From contig JBMNPD010000003.1 in the NCBI GenBank assembly GCA_050943415.1, positions 3,962 through 67,961 on the forward strand: a stretch of 64,000 nt of DNA, in the 5' to 3' direction. Positions within the stretch are counted from its first letter, which is position 1, and the number at the start of each line of letters is the position of its first letter. The notes beneath the pieces were generated by a model. The model was not told the DNA's origin and searched no databases. It saw only the letters and a program-made list of their open reading frames with translations. The DNA comes from Candidatus Dojkabacteria bacterium. GTDB taxonomy: Bacteria; Patescibacteriota; Dojkabacteria; SC72. A program made the translations under genes and the position numbers. This document shows, one piece after another, positions 1 through 9,509 of the stretch.

Positions 1-848
1 AATTCCATATTATCCCTAAAATCAGCATAAGCCCAATACCATTCCAATTGGTAATACTCCTGCAAATGCTCATCATCCATGCCCTCATTCCTAAAGTTAG
101 GACCAAGAGCATAAATTTTCTCATATCCACCACCTATTAATCTTTTCTGAAACAATTCGGTTGAAATCCTCAGATACAATTCCTGATGAAGAGCATTATG
201 GTAAGTTACAAAAGGAGAAGCATCAGCGCCACCAGTTATCAATTCTAAAACAGGTACTTCTACTTCCATAAAACCTTTCTCGTTTAGAAATTCTCTCTGA
301 ACCTGCCAAAACTTAGCCTTTCTATCAAACATCTCTACCCTTTCTGGAGAAATATTTAAATCCAAGTATCTTCTCCTAAACATCTGTTCCTTGTCCTTTA
401 GCTTTGTAGGTAAAGGACGAATAGCTTTTGCTAAGAGGCGAATTTTATCTGCCATAATTGAAATCTGTCCCGTTTTTGTCTTTCCAATAACACCGTCAAC
501 CTCAATAAAATCTGACACATCTAATAATTCCAAATAATCCCAACCAAGACAACTATTCTGAATATCATCTAATAAAGAGTCCTTTCTAATCATCACCTGA
601 ATCTCTCCACTCTTGTCCTTTATAACAGCGAAAATCAATTTTCCATGCTCTCTCCAAGCTACAATCCTTCCTGCAAGAATTACTTGTTGACCATCGTACT
701 TCTCAAAATTCTGATTTATCTCTGCATTATCATACTCCTTCTTACTTTTCGAAGGAAAAGGATTGATCCCCAACTCCTTTAGCCTCTCCAACTTCTTGAG
801 CCTTATCTCTCTTTGCCCTATTAAATTACTCTTTAAATTCTCTTCCAT
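1..848 (-). CDS. lysS: Lysyl-tRNA synthetase, class II (runs off the window start; C-terminus missing)
   Basis: Manual translation from ATG at 848: MEENLK...GINPFP...LAGRIVAWREHGKLIFA...RRRYLDL...GGADASPFVTYHNAL...YLRISTELFQKRLIGGGYEKIYALGPNFRNEG; typical LysRS OB fold plus motif 1/2. Confidence 0.95.
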   Translation of the reverse strand, partial: MEENLKSNLIGQREIRLKKLERLKELGINPFPSKSKKEYDNAEINQNFEKYDGQQVILAGRIVAWREHGKLIFAVIKDKSGEIQVMIRKDSLLDDIQNSCLGWDYLELLDVSDFIEVDGVIGKTKTGQISIMADKIRLLAKAIRPLPTKLKDKEQMFRRRYLDLNISPERVEMFDRKAKFWQVQREFLNEKGFMEVEVPVLELITGGADASPFVTYHNALHQELYLRISTELFQKRLIGGGYEKIYALGPNFRNEGMDDEHLQEYYQLEWYWAYADFRDNME

Positions 849-920
849 ATGGCACTAGTATACCTTTAAGTTAGATAAATTGGTAGTCTACGGATAACAA
901 AACTACTCTTTTTTCATATT

Positions 921-1082
921 TATTTAAGATTCTATAAGTTAAAACTAATTCAAAAGTACTGCAACTACCTTAATATATTAATTTCCCACATATAATCTTC
1001 TTTTATATTACATGTGTATAAACAAATAATGTTTGTCTAACACATATTTACCTCCCAAATTTAACTTATAGAATCTTAAATA
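921..1082. repeat. Perfect 23-bp inverted repeat pair (921-943 and 1060-1082) in the divergent lysS/glyQS intergenic region
   Basis: TATTTAAGATTCTATAAGTTAAA at 921-943 is the exact reverse complement of TTTAACTTATAGAATCTTAAATA at 1060-1082. Confidence 0.9.
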
Positions 1083-1118
1083 TTTCTAACAAAGCTACCC
1101 AAAACCCAATCTATAAGC

Positions 1119-1124
1119 TATAAT
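1119..1124 (+). promoter_or_regulatory. -10 box TATAAT 6 nt before the glyQS ATG (leaderless-type promoter)
   Basis: TATAAT-ccaatt-ATG; no Shine-Dalgarno. Confidence 0.6.
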
Positions 1125-1130
1125 CCAATT

Positions 1131-2426
1131 ATGTTAAAGGTAAACTTACTAGATTCAATAATTGCATTATGTAAAAGAAGAGGAATTATCTATCCTAACT
1201 CCGAAATATACGGAGGGTTAGGTGGCTTCTATGACTACGGTCCTGTTGGAGTAGAAATGAAAAACAACCTCAAACAGTATTGGTGGAAAAACATGGTCAC
1301 AAAACGTGAGAATGTCGTAGGTATAGATGGAACCATAATTACCCACCCAAAAGTATGGGAAGCATCAGGCCATATACAAAACTTTGGAGATGAGGTAGTC
1401 GAATGCAAGAAATGTCATCAGAGATTTAGACCCGAAGATATAGATGGAAAATGTCCTAATTGTGGCAGTAATGATTTCACAGAACCAAGAACATATAATC
1501 TTCTTTTCGAGACAGAGGTAGGTGTTCTAGATGGTGCAAAACTAAAAGCATATCTCAGAGGAGAAGCCTGTCAAACAATTTACTTAGATTTTATGAATGT
1601 TGTAGATAGTACTAGAATGCAAATTCCTTTTGGCATAGCACAGATTGGTAAGGCTTTTAGAAATGAAATTACACCAGGCAGATTAACTTTTAGATCTCGT
1701 GAGTTTGAACAGTGGGATATGCAGTTTTTTGTACACCCTGACGAGATGGAGAAATGGTTTGAATATTGGAAGAAAGAACGAATGGATTTTTACAAGGGTT
1801 TGTACAGAAAGCATGAGAATCTGAGATTTAGACAGCACGAGAAGGACCAATTAGCGTTCTATGCAGAGGATGCTTATGATATTGAGTATCTAGCACCTTG
1901 GGGTTGGGCAGAGAATGAAGGTGTTCACTGGAGAGGTAATTACGATTTAACACAGCATGGAAAGTTCTCAGGAAAAGATCTTTCATATACTGATCCCAGC
2001 ACTGGAGAGAAATATATCCCTTGGATTGTTGAAACTTCAGGAGGTATTGATAGAACATTCTTGATGTTGCTATTTGATGCATACGAAGAAGAGGATTTAG
2101 GTGATGGTAAAAGTAGAACTGTTTTAAAGGTACATAAGGATATAGCAGCGTACAGGGCAGCAATATTCCCACTAGTTGGAAACAAAGAAGAAATTGTTAA
2201 GAAAGGAAGAGATATTTTTGAAAGGTTGTCTGATAATTTTACTGTAGTTTGGGATGGTAGAGGGAATATTGGTAAGAGATATAGATATCAAGATGAGATA
2301 GGTACTCCTTTCTGTATTACTGTTGATTACGAGACTCTTGAGAATGACACTGTTACTGTACGAGATAGAGATAGTATGGAGCAGAAGCGAGTTAAGATAG
2401 AGGATCTTGATGAGGTCTTGAGTTAG
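1131..2426 (+). CDS. glyQS: Glycyl-tRNA synthetase, homodimeric (alpha2) type
   Basis: EIYGGLGGFYDYGPVG, GIAQIGKAFRNEITP, FRSREFEQ, GNIGKRYRYQDEIGTPFCITVD anticodon-binding domain. Confidence 0.96.
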   Translation: MLKVNLLDSIIALCKRRGIIYPNSEIYGGLGGFYDYGPVGVEMKNNLKQYWWKNMVTKRENVVGIDGTIITHPKVWEASGHIQNFGDEVVECKKCHQRFRPEDIDGKCPNCGSNDFTEPRTYNLLFETEVGVLDGAKLKAYLRGEACQTIYLDFMNVVDSTRMQIPFGIAQIGKAFRNEITPGRLTFRSREFEQWDMQFFVHPDEMEKWFEYWKKERMDFYKGLYRKHENLRFRQHEKDQLAFYAEDAYDIEYLAPWGWAENEGVHWRGNYDLTQHGKFSGKDLSYTDPSTGEKYIPWIVETSGGIDRTFLMLLFDAYEEEDLGDGKSRTVLKVHKDIAAYRAAIFPLVGNKEEIVKKGRDIFERLSDNFTVVWDGRGNIGKRYRYQDEIGTPFCITVDYETLENDTVTVRDRDSMEQKRVKIEDLDEVLS

Positions 2427-3073
2427 GTTATTTCTCCTTTTGCATTGTCTCTGTATTTCCTAATTTCCCCATGGTTTCCAGATAGAAGAATATTTGGAAC
2501 TTTCCAACCGTTAAATTCTTCAGGCTTGGTATACTGTGGGTACTCTAATGTTCCGTCTTCAAATGTCTCTTCTTCCAAAGATTGTTCGTTACCTAAAACA
2601 CCTGGTATCAGTCTAGTTATTCCATCTACAAGTGCAAGAGCAGGTATTTCTCCTCCAGAAAGGACATAGTCTCCTATTGAGAATTCATAATCAACTAGGT
2701 AATCATGTACTCTTTGGTCTACTCCTTCATATCTCCCGCAGATTATTATCATATGTAAATCTTTTTCTAAAGAGAATTCTTTTAATCTTTCTTGTACTAA
2801 TTTTTCTCCTTTAGGTGTAGTTATAGCAACTATTGTATTCTCTTTTTTTAATTCATCTACTGCTTTGAATATTGGTTCAACTTTCATTATCATTCCCGGT
2901 CCTCCACCGTACGGGGTATCATCTACTGTTTTATGTTTATCGGTCGTCCACTTTCGTAAATCATGAACATTAATTTCGACTAGGTTATTCTTTCTAGCAT
3001 TATTTACTATACCTACATTTATGTATTCCTCTACTGCTTTAGGGAATATTGTAATTATATCGAATTTAATCAT
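2423..3073 (-). CDS. trmD: tRNA (guanine-N1)-methyltransferase
   Basis: VDDTPYGGGPGM, CGRYEGVDQR, SIGDYVLSGGE, LEYPQYTKP motifs. Confidence 0.97.
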   Translation of the reverse strand: MIKFDIITIFPKAVEEYINVGIVNNARKNNLVEINVHDLRKWTTDKHKTVDDTPYGGGPGMIMKVEPIFKAVDELKKENTIVAITTPKGEKLVQERLKEFSLEKDLHMIIICGRYEGVDQRVHDYLVDYEFSIGDYVLSGGEIPALALVDGITRLIPGVLGNEQSLEEETFEDGTLEYPQYTKPEEFNGWKVPNILLSGNHGEIRKYRDNAKGEIT

Positions 3074-3084
3074 GGTAGATTATA

Positions 3085-3678
3085 CTATATAAATCCTAAT
3101 GCTATTGTTGCCACTCCTAATACAGCATGACTTATACTAACTCCTAACAAATTGTTTGTCTTTCCGTAGGTAACATACCAGAGTAGCCCAATAAAAAAGG
3201 TTATGGTCAAAAGAAATATGTCTTTGTACATGATATGAACAAAGGAGTACAGAACAGATGAAAGAATCAAAGCTGTTTTAGAAGATATTACTTTTGTTGA
3301 TTCAAAGTATTTGAAAATTCCTCTATACAGAAATTCTTGTGCTGGAGATGATGTGAAAATATAGAAGATGTAGAAAGAGAATGTTTCTGTTGGATTAAAT
3401 CTTTGAAATTTAAATGTTTTCAATATTAATACAACTATTATTAAGAATATAGTAAAGTTTGAAATGCTTTTAAGAGATTCTTTCCATTTTTTCTTTGTTA
3501 TCCCTAATTCTTCGTTTTTTACTCCTATGAATCTAAACCCTAAGTATATGAGAATTGCTAATACTACAAGGAAAACAAATTTGTAGTTGTATAGTGGTGG
3601 ATTAAAGAGTATGAGTAGAGGAGTAAATATGTAGATGAAGAGTATTATTATGAAGCTTACGATGTTTTTCTTTTTCAT
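3085..3678 (-). CDS. CPBP/CAAX-protease (Abi) family intramembrane protein
   Basis: Multi-TM protein with QEFLYRG, YSFVH and SHAVLG motifs (first motif is QE rather than EE). Confidence 0.8.
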   Translation of the reverse strand: MKKKNIVSFIIILFIYIFTPLLILFNPPLYNYKFVFLVVLAILIYLGFRFIGVKNEELGITKKKWKESLKSISNFTIFLIIVVLILKTFKFQRFNPTETFSFYIFYIFTSSPAQEFLYRGIFKYFESTKVISSKTALILSSVLYSFVHIMYKDIFLLTITFFIGLLWYVTYGKTNNLLGVSISHAVLGVATIALGFI

Positions 3679-3757
3679 TTTGTTATGATTATACTACCTA
3701 TCATAACAAATTTTTACTATTCCACTTTGACATATCTTTCTCAGACACTCATTTGCC

Positions 3758-3786
3758 TTGTAAAAACATACTATGGGTGGTATATT
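3758..3786 (+). promoter_or_regulatory. Sigma70-type promoter for the 3839 ORF
   Basis: TTGTAA-17 nt-TATATT with extended TG; downstream SD GAAAGGAG before the ATG. Confidence 0.55.
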
Positions 3787-3838
3787 CTTTTCCTAGGATA
3801 GTAAAATTTAGCTCATTGAAAATTGAAAGGAGAAAATT

Positions 3839-4417
3839 ATGGCTATTTTATGGCAAGCAATATATTATGATCACACGATAGGATACACCGAGACTTCAAG
3901 ACTTACTGGTGTAAAACTATCAAAAGGATGGCAAGTTCGTCATTACTCTGGCGATTACACAGATCGCTATAGAGAACATAGTGAGCTAGGAGTAATACGT
4001 ATTAAACCTGATGGGGAAATTTTTGTTCCTCCTAAACTTCAAATAAAAGAAGGAACAATGCTAGAATATGCAACTCTAGCACGTAATCCTAAGCTTCAAG
4101 ATGGTGAACATAATCCTCTACCATATTGTTACAAAAGCATCCGATTTGACGACCCTGAGACTCAGAACGATAAATCTATTCTGTTAAATCTTATATTTGA
4201 TTCGTATCCAAATATGTCAGGAATTAACGATGATTTGCTTAGAGCAACAAGTGTCATTAATCAGGAAGACTCTTATGCTTCCATCAAGGAGAAAGGTTGG
4301 ACTTCAATTGGTTGGGTAATACTCCATATCAAAGACGGTGAATGTCTACAAATAAGAGACTTTCTAAGTTTTTATAATCATTGCGGTGAGCTATACAGCC
4401 AAATACTATCCCACTGA
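3839..4417 (+). CDS. Hypothetical protein (192 aa, family not recognised)
   Basis: Open frame with its own promoter, strong SD and downstream hairpin. Confidence 0.75.
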   Translation: MAILWQAIYYDHTIGYTETSRLTGVKLSKGWQVRHYSGDYTDRYREHSELGVIRIKPDGEIFVPPKLQIKEGTMLEYATLARNPKLQDGEHNPLPYCYKSIRFDDPETQNDKSILLNLIFDSYPNMSGINDDLLRATSVINQEDSYASIKEKGWTSIGWVILHIKDGECLQIRDFLSFYNHCGELYSQILSH

Positions 4418-4424
4418 CCCACAC

Positions 4425-4456
4425 TAGGGTTCTTCTATTTTCTTAGGAGAACCCTA
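4425..4456. terminator. Hairpin between convergent genes (probable bidirectional terminator)
   Basis: TAGGGTTCTTCTA-ttttct-TAGGAGAACCCTA. Confidence 0.65.
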
Positions 4457-4470
4457 ATATTGTTTATACT

Positions 4471-5088
4471 TCAATTCCTACTAACAAACATACTATCTTC
4501 CAAATACCATCTCCATGGAACATCCTTGTATTCTTCTGCATAATCAATACCTACCCTAGCCTTCTTAATAATATCTTCTTCATTAACCCTAAAACCATCA
4601 TCAACTAAAAATAATTTTGAATTCTTCTTAGTCATATCTTCTCCATACAACTCTCTTGTAATATTCATAGCCTGACATAGTTTACCTGGTCCATTAGTCA
4701 GAGATACAATATCCTCTTTCTTTCTTCTTTCTTTCATAATATCTAAACCATACAGAGGTTCTAAAGCTCTAATAAGTACTACACATGGATTATCTTTCTC
4801 CCCTGTTACAAAATTAAACAAATCATACATATGCGATTTATATACATATACATAACCACCTTCATTAAATTGAATCTCTGTTCTCTTTGTTCTTCTATTC
4901 CCATATGAATGAGAACCTTTATCTTCACCTCCAATATATGCTTCCACTTCAACTACTCTTCCTCCTGTTAGGAAATTATTTTCATCATGAATAAATATCT
5001 TACCTAAACATTCTCTCAAGCAAACAAAAGTATCTTGAAGATAGAAAGAACGAGAAAGGATATTGTCTTTTAATTCTGAAATAGTCAT
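4471..5088 (-). CDS. mpg: DNA-3-methyladenine glycosylase (MPG/AAG family)
   Basis: GRVVEVEAYIG.EDKGSHS, VLIRALEP, LTNGPGKLCQAMNI, RVGI...PWRW motifs. Confidence 0.93.
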   Translation of the reverse strand: MTISELKDNILSRSFYLQDTFVCLRECLGKIFIHDENNFLTGGRVVEVEAYIGGEDKGSHSYGNRRTKRTEIQFNEGGYVYVYKSHMYDLFNFVTGEKDNPCVVLIRALEPLYGLDIMKERRKKEDIVSLTNGPGKLCQAMNITRELYGEDMTKKNSKLFLVDDGFRVNEEDIIKKARVGIDYAEEYKDVPWRWYLEDSMFVSRN

Positions 5089-5091
5089 ATC

Positions 5092-5166
5092 TGGTACCGC
5101 TACGGGGAATCGAACCCCGATTGCAGGATTGAGAATCCTGTGTCCTAACCGTTAGACGATAGCGGC
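5092..5166 (-). tRNA. tRNA-Glu (anticodon CTC), CCA encoded
   Basis: Reverse complement GCCGCTATCGTCTAACGGTTAGGACACAGGATTCTCAATCCTGCAATCGGGGTTCGATTCCCCGTAGCGGTACCA folds as a cloverleaf; anticodon arm CAGGA-TT-CTC-AA-TCCTG; TTCGA T-loop. Confidence 0.96.
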
Positions 5167-5292
5167 ATATTCGAGTGAGATTTTAACATATAACAAGATA
5201 TTTGAATATAGTTACTACAGGGCCATATTTATTTGACATTCTAGCTCAAGCAATATAATATCCAGTCGATTTAAATTTATAGGTTTGGCAAA

Positions 5293-5754
5293 ATGGACGA
5301 AAATAATATATACCAAACCACCAAATCTGGTTTGGAAAAATTAGTTAACGAACTCAAAGATAGAGAAAAAAATCTTAGAGTCAAAATCGCAAATACCTTA
5401 AATGAAATGAGAAGCCAAGGTGACCTCAGAGAAAATGATGGATATACCATGGCTTTAGAAGAACAAAACATCAATGAGGAGAGAATATTAGAATTGAAAG
5501 AGAAAATAAAGAATGCAAAAGTCATCAAAGACAAAAGTAAAAACAAAGTGGGTATTGGCGACACAGTCATATTAAAGGGTGAGAAAAACTTGAAATATGA
5601 AATAACTAGTGAAGAAGAAGCTAACCCTCTAGAGGGCAAAGTCTCCCATTTATCACCAATAGGTAAATCTGTAATAAACAAGAAAAAAGGTGAAGAAGTA
5701 AAAATAGAGACACCTACTGGAGTAAAAAAATACAAAATAGAGAGCATAGAGTAA
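5293..5754 (+). CDS. greA: Transcription elongation factor GreA
   Basis: GDLRENDGY coiled-coil tip; EANPLEGKVSHLSPIGK. Confidence 0.93.
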   Translation: MDENNIYQTTKSGLEKLVNELKDREKNLRVKIANTLNEMRSQGDLRENDGYTMALEEQNINEERILELKEKIKNAKVIKDKSKNKVGIGDTVILKGEKNLKYEITSEEEANPLEGKVSHLSPIGKSVINKKKGEEVKIETPTGVKKYKIESIE

Positions 5755-5755
5755 C

Positions 5756-6460
5756 CTACGGATGAATCAATGTCCCATCAGACAAGATATCTTCTAAGGT
5801 ATTTTTCTCTGTAATATTCTTACCACCACATATAAAGAAAGAGATACCCTTGTTAGCACAAAATCTAGAACACTCTTTATCTACAGGAATATTCACATTA
5901 GCCTGATGAGTATCACTATCCGAAATACCAAACAAATTAAAATACTCATTCCAAGAAATATCCTTAATCATATTTGCATTATTATTCTTATTTGGATCTA
6001 CATCATACAAATAATCAATATTTGAAAGCTTCAGTATTCTCTCAGCAGATACAATATCTGCAAATACCGCAGAATCCATATCTGTACTCCACCCAACTCT
6101 TAATCCACCACTAACAACAGAAAAGTTTTCATTGCTCATTAAATATTCATAAGCATCACCTAATTTCTTTGGAACAAATATACTGTCATCATCAATATAT
6201 GCTTTTACAATTTCAGCACTTGTTTGAGTAATTGACATAGCAATACTATGTAAATCATTTTGCTCACTAATACCTGAAGCAACTCTTCTTTGCAATTCCC
6301 TTGAAAGATAACCACCTCCAACTACAATAATCCTTTTACAATACATATCTTTAGTACGATAGTACCAATCCTTAACTTTCTGCAACAAAGAGAAATTAAT
6401 ATTCAAATCCTGATCATACAGAACAGATCCCCCTATTTTCAAAACAATCTGCTCTTCCAC
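5756..6460 (-). CDS. pyrH: UMP kinase, archaeal-type (GTG start)
   Basis: VLKIGGS, IVVGGG, GWSTD, SNIDYLYDVDP: amino-acid-kinase fold resembling archaeal PyrH. Confidence 0.8.
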   Translation of the reverse strand: MEEQIVLKIGGSVLYDQDLNINFSLLQKVKDWYYRTKDMYCKRIIVVGGGYLSRELQRRVASGISEQNDLHSIAMSITQTSAEIVKAYIDDDSIFVPKKLGDAYEYLMSNENFSVVSGGLRVGWSTDMDSAVFADIVSAERILKLSNIDYLYDVDPNKNNNANMIKDISWNEYFNLFGISDSDTHQANVNIPVDKECSRFCANKGISFFICGGKNITEKNTLEDILSDGTLIHP

Positions 6461-6465
6461 TACAA

Positions 6466-7263
6466 TTAAACAGTTAAAATTAAAGATAATGCCAAAAGTA
6501 CATACACAACAGGATAGAGATAATCTGTAAATTTCGTTCTACCTGCAAATCTAAGATTCCAAAAAGAAGTAATCAGATAGAAAGACAACGCTCCAACAGA
6601 TGGAATAACCAATATATTATTATTCCAAACCGCCAACATCGAAAGAGAAACTATTACAGAACTAATTATAGCTATCAAAAATTCCAAACTTCCAAATTTA
6701 TCATGTATTTTCAGTATGGATATTAGCAGAACTAAAGAAGAAACAAAGCTAAGAAATATGAATTCCCACATTGAAAAACCTATACGCAGGTATGAATTTA
6801 GTAACAGATATAAAGTAGTAATACATATGAAGTCAAAGATTGTTCTTGTAGCCAACGCTACAGAGTAATATTTGTTAAGTGAACTTTTCACATTCAAAAA
6901 CAATAGAAGAACGAAAGATACACAAATCACTATCACAAAATGTCCTAAGAGTATATTTCTATTGAAATAGAGAAATAGTAGAAGAGATGTATAGAAAAGT
7001 GCTGGAAGAATGAAATATTGAAAGAATCTTCTCTTTAATGATATTTTCATAACAACATCACTATACTTTGATATTTTCTTTCTTGAATAGAGAATAAATG
7101 TTCTTACAAACCACAATTCTAATATTAGTAGTGCTAATACTCCAAGAATCAAAAGATATTTAAATGATGTTCTTAAGACAGCATAGTTAAAAGCTTCAGT
7201 TACAAAAAGAAGTACAATAATATACAGTATTTCATTTTTCAATTTTAATTTTGTAGCAGACAT
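6466..7263 (-). CDS. Multi-pass membrane protein (CPR DUF5656-like)
   Basis: About 8 hydrophobic segments with FILP and C-terminal DY motifs; family call is from memory only. Confidence 0.6.
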   Translation of the reverse strand: MSATKLKLKNEILYIIVLLFVTEAFNYAVLRTSFKYLLILGVLALLILELWFVRTFILYSRKKISKYSDVVMKISLKRRFFQYFILPALFYTSLLLFLYFNRNILLGHFVIVICVSFVLLLFLNVKSSLNKYYSVALATRTIFDFICITTLYLLLNSYLRIGFSMWEFIFLSFVSSLVLLISILKIHDKFGSLEFLIAIISSVIVSLSMLAVWNNNILVIPSVGALSFYLITSFWNLRFAGRTKFTDYLYPVVYVLLALSLILTV

Positions 7264-7270
7264 ATCTTAC

Positions 7271-8710
7271 CTAATTAATTTTACCTGAGAATCCAGAAAA
7301 TATTGCAATTGCTAAGATAGACCACCATATACTTACAGTTAGTAAATCACTTACAGCATTTTTAAACATACCTTTTTTAACATAGACAAATATCTCTATG
7401 CATAGCAGAATAAATACAAAGAGTACTATACCTAAACTGATTCCATTCCCAATTGATAGCGAAACTATTGGAATTAATGATTTTCTAGGTTCTTCTTTCT
7501 TAAAATAGTCAGATATATCTAGTTCGGAATCATTTTCGTACTGATCAGCCATACGAATCAATACTCTGTCAGCTACATCTTTTTTAGGAAGTACTACTTG
7601 TATACCCTCTGGAGTTATATTGTATACTGGTATTATCTTTGAACCAGATATTATTTCTACAACTTCAAATTCTCCAGAAACTGTGAACGAAAGCATAAAA
7701 TGATCGTTTTCTTCAGATACTGTTACAGAGTTAACATCTACTTGTGGAGGAGTAGAGTCTATTCTGAATAACACTTTATCTGAATTTATATCTGTTCCTT
7801 TAATATTTGCTTTAATTGTATGGTCTCCCTCTGACCAATCAGCTTCTCTTTTTACTGTCCAATCAGGATTTGTTGTAGTAGCATTACCCACAACATTTTC
7901 TCCTTCATATATCTGAACTGTGTACTCTTCATTAACATTAACTACTTTTCCTGAAACTGCTAAACCTGGATCGTTGTATGTAGTACCGTTTGTTGGAGCA
8001 GATATACTTATACTTTTAATTTGTTCTTCCTTTTGAGTTACGGTTGTTTTAGGTTTAGAGGTTGGTGTAGGTGTTGACTTCGGTGTGGCTGGTGTAGAAG
8101 TTGGAGTAGGATTTGTTGGTTGTGTTGTTGTTGGTGCTGGTGGTGTTGTCTGAGCACTTTCTACTTGGCCTGCTACAGTTCCAAACATCTGAACAACTAA
8201 GGTGGTTTCTTTGCCAAGAAGTTTTCCATTGACTACAGCTATTCCAATATCTTTGTAATTAGCACTAACTATATTGGCCTTATGTGTAGGACTGGCCATC
8301 CAAGCCTCTATAACGCCCTCTGAGGTCTTGAAACCTTTTGCAAGGTTCTCTCCAGCGTATACGTAGTTATACCCTGCTCCACGAATAAATTGCCACGGTG
8401 TTTCTCCATTTGGACCAAAATGATCCCAGTATTGTTTCTCCATCATATCGTTTGCTTTTGCCAAGGCAGCAGATGCTAATCTAGAGTTACTGTTTAACGC
8501 GTTTAAACCCAACTTTGTTCTTTCATTGTTTGTTAATGAAATAATATTTTGAGAAGATATGGCACTAGCAACAGCTTGTTGCATTCCTAGTATGCCTCCG
8601 AAGCTATTTACAAAAATTAGTATGAAAGAGTAAATAACTATAGCTATTTTTCTAAGTAAATACGGTTTGTATGAGTTACCCTTGTTTGGTATTAGACAGT
8701 TTTTTATCAT
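7271..8710 (-). CDS. CAP/SCP-domain surface protein with Pro/Thr linker, Ig-like domain and C-terminal TM helices
   Basis: LTNNER...AKANDM...YWDH...AGENLA...WMASPTHKANI CAP signature; CPR-type N-terminal NSYKPYLL. Confidence 0.88.
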   Translation of the reverse strand: MIKNCLIPNKGNSYKPYLLRKIAIVIYSFILIFVNSFGGILGMQQAVASAISSQNIISLTNNERTKLGLNALNSNSRLASAALAKANDMMEKQYWDHFGPNGETPWQFIRGAGYNYVYAGENLAKGFKTSEGVIEAWMASPTHKANIVSANYKDIGIAVVNGKLLGKETTLVVQMFGTVAGQVESAQTTPPAPTTTQPTNPTPTSTPATPKSTPTPTSKPKTTVTQKEEQIKSISISAPTNGTTYNDPGLAVSGKVVNVNEEYTVQIYEGENVVGNATTTNPDWTVKREADWSEGDHTIKANIKGTDINSDKVLFRIDSTPPQVDVNSVTVSEENDHFMLSFTVSGEFEVVEIISGSKIIPVYNITPEGIQVVLPKKDVADRVLIRMADQYENDSELDISDYFKKEEPRKSLIPIVSLSIGNGISLGIVLFVFILLCIEIFVYVKKGMFKNAVSDLLTVSIWWSILAIAIFSGFSGKIN

Positions 8711-8792
8711 AGCAATACTATAGTTTATGACATCAAGAGATTATACGCAAGGATAATTAACAAATATTTCTAAACTAAAGGTTAAACTTGAT

Positions 8793-8824
8793 AAAAACAG
8801 AGAAGGACTTCAACAGTCCTTCTC
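8793..8824 (-). terminator. Intrinsic terminator after the HU gene
   Basis: GAGAAGGAC/GTCCTTCTC stem followed by a U-tract on the minus strand. Confidence 0.75.
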
Positions 8825-8860
8825 ATTACAATTTCTTTGTCTACAAAGAAATACCGGCAA

Positions 8861-9130
8861 TTACTTAACAGCAGCTCTTAAAGCTTTACCTGCTTTAAAT
8901 GCAGGAACCTTTGTTGCTGGAAGTTGAATCTTAGCAAGAGTCTTAGGATTGATTCCTGTTCTTGCAGCTCTTGTTCTGACTTCGAATTTACCGAAACCAG
9001 TAAGAAGTACAGGCTCACCACTCTTCAAAGAATCAGTAATTGCTTCCAATGTTGCATCCAAAGCTGCAGCTGCCTGCTTCTTTGTTAATCCAACAGATGC
9101 AATTCTTTCTACTAAATCTTTCTTTAACAT
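8861..9130 (-). CDS. hup: Histone-like DNA-binding protein HU
   Basis: GFGKFEVRTRAARTGINPKT...VPAFKAGKAL; strong SD AGAAAGGAGGT. Confidence 0.96.
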   Translation of the reverse strand: MLKKDLVERIASVGLTKKQAAAALDATLEAITDSLKSGEPVLLTGFGKFEVRTRAARTGINPKTLAKIQLPATKVPAFKAGKALRAAVK

Positions 9131-9439
9131 TTTGTGTATAACCTCCTTTCTTAAGTGATATATACAAAAATTTCTTTTATTAAGAAGATTTTAAGTATAT
9201 CCACTCATAAAATAAGAAAAAGAAAGGGAATCGTCAAGGTAGAGTAATATTATGGGGTACACCTATAATTGCAAGAAAATCTCTACTGCTAAAGGATATT
9301 CGAACATATTTAATATACATCAAAAAGTATTGATATATTACATTTACAAAAGGAGATGCAGAAACGCGATTACATCAACCTTTTTGAAACCCCATGTTTT
9401 TTACTTTGAAAATGTTATTACAAAGGTATTACTGTTTAA

Positions 9440-9474
9440 ACAAACAAAGGGAGTACTCAATTTAGTACTCCCCC
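9440..9474 (-). terminator. Intrinsic terminator after rny
   Basis: GGGAGTACT/AGTACTCCC stem with a U-rich tail on the minus strand. Confidence 0.75.
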
Positions 9475-9509
9475 TATAGCATTTATTACTAGAAGCCAAC
9501 TACATAAAA

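Noticed and set aside
1059-1086. The chromosomal dif site
   Set aside because: The motif is multi-copy, the inner bases deviate from ATAA-N6-TTAT and the context is a ribosomal-gene region; kept only as dif-like.
3085-5166. Genomic island integrated at tRNA-Glu
   Set aside because: No duplicated tRNA 3' end and no integrase found downstream.
8040-8150. GT-rich repeats here and at about 52355-52425
   Set aside because: They simply encode Pro/Thr linkers of surface proteins.
9252-9479. 75-aa ORF between hup and rny
   Set aside because: No recognisable motif, and it runs through the rny terminator hairpin. It cannot be supported as a gene, though the ~260-bp spacer remains unexplained.
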